From Guillardia theta CCMP2712 (taxonomy: Eukaryota > Protista > Cryptophyta): 64,000 nucleotides of DNA. Position numbers and translations under genes: made by a program. Positions within the stretch are counted from its first letter, which is position 1. Every line of letters begins with the position of its first letter. This document shows, one piece after another, positions 60,799 to 64,000 of the stretch. The stretch is taken from positions 34,677 to 98,676 of the forward strand of contig NW_005434505.1 of assembly GCF_000315625.1 (NCBI RefSeq). Direction: 5' to 3'. The notes under the pieces were generated by a model. It was not told the DNA's origin, did not search any database, and saw only the letters and a program-made list of their open reading frames with translations.

Positions 60799-61537
60799 TC
60801 ACATAGGAAATCCTCCTGTTGAAAACCTGACCGACAAATGTCATAACGAAGCGAAACGAGGACGAGACTCACTCTTCTGGGTACTTGACCTTCACTGTTG
60901 TCAACCAATCACCTGCAGAGGTTGGCAGCAGACCCATCGAACCGAATCTGATGAAACACTTATTTTCCCTGCCAGTCATTCTAAAGTTCAAACCTGTTCG
61001 TAATATATAGCAGCACTCCAAGTTGGCACGCAATGAAAACGAGCTTGTGGATGAGCAAATCAACGCGCAATTCCTTCGCAGTCTCTTCAATAGCCTTGAA
61101 AGCTGCAGGCATGCTTTTATCGGAGTTAAGTCATAAGAGCATGAGTACCAGGTCCAATAGACATCAACCCACGAATGGGGCCCATCAGCTGGTAAAAAGT
61201 GAAGATTATGTTCATGATATGAACACCGGAGCCCATCATCCACATCATAAAGGCTGATCAAGCGTGAGTTGAAAAAATGTGAAAACAAACCTTTGAAACC
61301 CACACCTGTCATCATGAACTGCTTTCCTGGTTGCAAGGCGACGTCCCATGCTCGTTTCTCGATGAACTCTCGTTTCTTCTCAATCGTGATCACCTTTTTA
61401 ACCTGTGCTGAGTCCTCACGGGGTTCTAATTGTCCTGTCGGCTCGATAGCTCCCGACACCGTAAGCGCGTTGCGCTCACTACGGGGGAGACCATCGACTC
61501 CGAAGACCCAACGACGACTTGGGAAATTCGGCGCCAT
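60799..61537 (-). CDS. EMC4: ER membrane protein complex subunit 4 (TMEM85/DUF1077)
   Basis: KRAWDVALQPGKQFMMT|AFMMWMMGSGVHIMNI..PIRGLMSI..KLVFI..FGSMGLLPTSAGDWL; last exon FSTGGFPM*. Confidence 0.88.
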
Positions 61538-62269
61538 GGAAGGTCTGAGGAACAAAGAAGTCAAAGCTTGTTGATTTGTCTATCAGTCAAAGATCAGTGT
61601 GAGAGAACGGGCACATCAACATATTGGCGCTAGCTGTTCAAGGACTCATTGCATCTCATCAGAACAAAACAGATCGAGGCTGCACAAGAGCAGATGAAAG
61701 TAAGGGGCATGAATCGCAGGAAGAGAATAAGCGAGAAGGCACAAGACAACATGAAGCAGTGCAGGGCAGCTTGTGCCCCCCCTCTCTCCTCACTGGCTGC
61801 TCTCTACTTCCCTCCTCCCTCCATCGCTTCTGTCCATTCTCGCACGCAGCCTTGCTACACGTTACATCATAGTTTCACTACTGTAACCGACCGGCAGGGA
61901 AGGACCGGGGCCCGGGCGCGGCCATTGGCTTTTTTTTTATTTAGGGGCCCAAGGTTGACTGAAAATATTTTTTCTAGAAGTTGACTGGAACGATTTGACA
62001 CAACGACCGCCAGCACCAGGGAAAGGATAATGGAGGGAGCAACGCGGAGCGATGAGAGGAGCCTCGAAATCTGCATGGTTGACTGATCGCTGCCAATGAC
62101 CTTAGGGCAGTGTCCCTTGAGTCTCGTGGTGAGAACTTGAAGCTTCAAGCCTGCTCGAAAACAAGGTTTGAACCGTCACGGTAGCGCTGACATCTTCAAA
62201 GCATCCTTCCAACTTGATCGTCAGTGGTCTCGAGCTTGGCGCAGGCCGTTCAAGAGAGGATACCATTCA

Positions 62270-63040
62270 ATGTCCGAAGAGAAAGAGACTGGCAGTGGGT
62301 CCACTGAAGATCGGCCACGCCCCGCCACGCCGGATGGGTCTACACCGAACAAGTTCATACAAATATCAGATCGCTTGTTGTCAGCATTGATAAGATTTGT
62401 TCTTGCGGTCACTCGGTCCTTTTTGAGTTTGATTGGATGGCGAAAAAATCAAGAGGATCGGAACAAAGAAGCAACATGCAAGGCTGCTCAGTCCAAAACT
62501 CTTGACTCTGACCAAGAGGCAGGCCCAATTTTCGATCGGATGGCCCCAAGCACCAAATCAAACAGTTTGAGTGGCAGGGAAGAAGGTGTCTCAACAGCAT
62601 CTACTCAAAGCGCTTGTGCCACAGGAAAAAAGAAATCCATATCAAACTTTGAGCTCAGGCGGCTAAACCTCCGCTGCAAGATCTTGGAAAACCCCAACGA
62701 AGCGTCAGTTTGTAGCTGCTGGCGGTGTGTGAAGCGCATGAAGTCTGAGCTCTTCTCTTCATTCGAGTTTGCTAAATCTCAGGGTCATATAGTTGTGACA
62801 TCGGAGGGTCAATCTATGTTTCAGCAGGAGCGTAAGAAGCGTCACTCTCTAACTTGATGTCTAGCTGTGTGCTCTGCAAACAGCACCAGCTCGCGTGCTC
62901 CAAATGTCTCGTGTACAGTCCAAACTCTAAACAGTTCAAACGTCAGATCCAGAGCTCTTCCTGTCAACTTTGATCGAGTTCAAGTGCTAATCGGCTTTTC
63001 CCTGTGACTTGTTTTCTAGCCTGACTTCTAAATCTAGTAA
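62270..63040 (+). CDS. Hypothetical protein
   Basis: Part of a 229-codon ORF with exon-like continuation; no recognisable domain. Confidence 0.4.
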
Positions 63041-63099
63041 ACTCTTCCAGCAAGTGAAGGGGACGCCTGATTCAGACCTGTTTGAATTTACTTTCTAAT

Positions 63100-64000
63100 G
63101 AGACATCGATCATCTCCTGCTTGTTATTGCCTTGTCGTTCTTGGATGGCACCGTTGATCTCAACCCTAACCTCATCTCCTTCTTTGCCACTGACGTCTCA
63201 ACATCTTGAACGACTTTTCGGTTTGTTGTCTCTTTCATCTTCGAATCAGCCTTGATGCCTTGCCCAGACGTTGCGAGAGGTTTCAAAGGTTCTGACGTCA
63301 AGTGAGGTCGATAGCATTCGTAGACATGAGATTACCTTCCACTTGAAGCATAGACTCCATAGTGGGAACAAGATGCCGCATGTTCTGTACCTACACACCC
63401 ACGCACGTCATGACCCTCTCATCTCCAGCAGTCGTTATTACCATTCTTTTGAGGTGTTCGGAGTTGAAGCCAAACTTCGACAGTGTCATCCAGACCTGAG
63501 CGAACTTGAGACCTCTGCAGCAAACATTTCTATGCACCTTTCCCAGCGACACTTTTTCCCACCAATGTTGGATACGTTGAATGACCTCTGGCAACAAAGC
63601 GGCCATCCGCACTCGGAGATCACGAGCGGCGGAAGACCCTTGGAGTATACCACTATGCGGGAAGTGAGCGCACAGAGAAAAGAAAGATACCTCCTACCGA
63701 TAAGGAAACTTGCGGTTTAAAGCCTCCATCTCTCCTATTGATAAGAGGTGATTGCCGTCTCCCAGAACAAGAATTGACTCCAGATCGAAGGCTTTGCACT
63801 CAGTCATCAATCGGAAGGCAGAGATCATCAAGAAGTCTATGATCTCAGGATCTTTCTGGCTGAAGTCCATTCTGCTCTGGTCAGAGCGAGATCTGCCGAA
63901 CCAGTCTGCAAGCGAGGGAGCTGATCTCCTATTGGTGTAATCATGAAAGATCAAGAAGTGAGTTCCTCCCTCCTGCGATGTCTGTACAATCACATAGTTC
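63100..64000 (-). CDS. 3' part of a hypothetical multi-exon gene running off the window
   Basis: Exon-like ORFs 63694-63993 and 63110-63301 on the same strand. Confidence 0.4.

Overview
Eukaryotic nuclear DNA with two N gaps. Very short GT-AG introns (~45-55 nt), GAGCAG/GAG-type microsatellites and expanded RWP-RK genes suggest a cryptophyte such as Guillardia theta (inferred, not verified). Host genes: a MORN-repeat protein, three RWP-RK factors, TGS1 with a probable GYF domain, a START-domain protein, a ZU5-domain protein, a centrin-like EF-hand protein, a large secreted LamG/IPT protein, DRC9/IQCG, a Cys-rich membrane protein, a TIR-like/SH3/PB1-like protein, a divergent intron-rich actin and EMC4. 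Mobile DNA: an apparently intact three-exon Crypton-type tyrosine recombinase gene (~1018 aa) with an N-terminal PHD finger, a Harbinger-type MITE with a TCA TSD, a 2.6-kb TIR element carrying a BAH-like ORF, a TA-flanked MITE and an orphan chromodomain. The most unusual signal is a set of GC-rich 'mosaic' islands lying mostly just 5' of genes. Several contain a conserved ~45-nt core (TTTACTCAAAGTTAAGTTAAAGATCAGTACGAGGACAATCAGGAG) that varies by jumps at internal microhomologies, and two have taken transposon insertions. Also seen: signal peptide + RLRGG leaders, two large inverted duplications and two possibly related 23-bp minisatellites. All domain calls are by eye from motifs; no searches were run.
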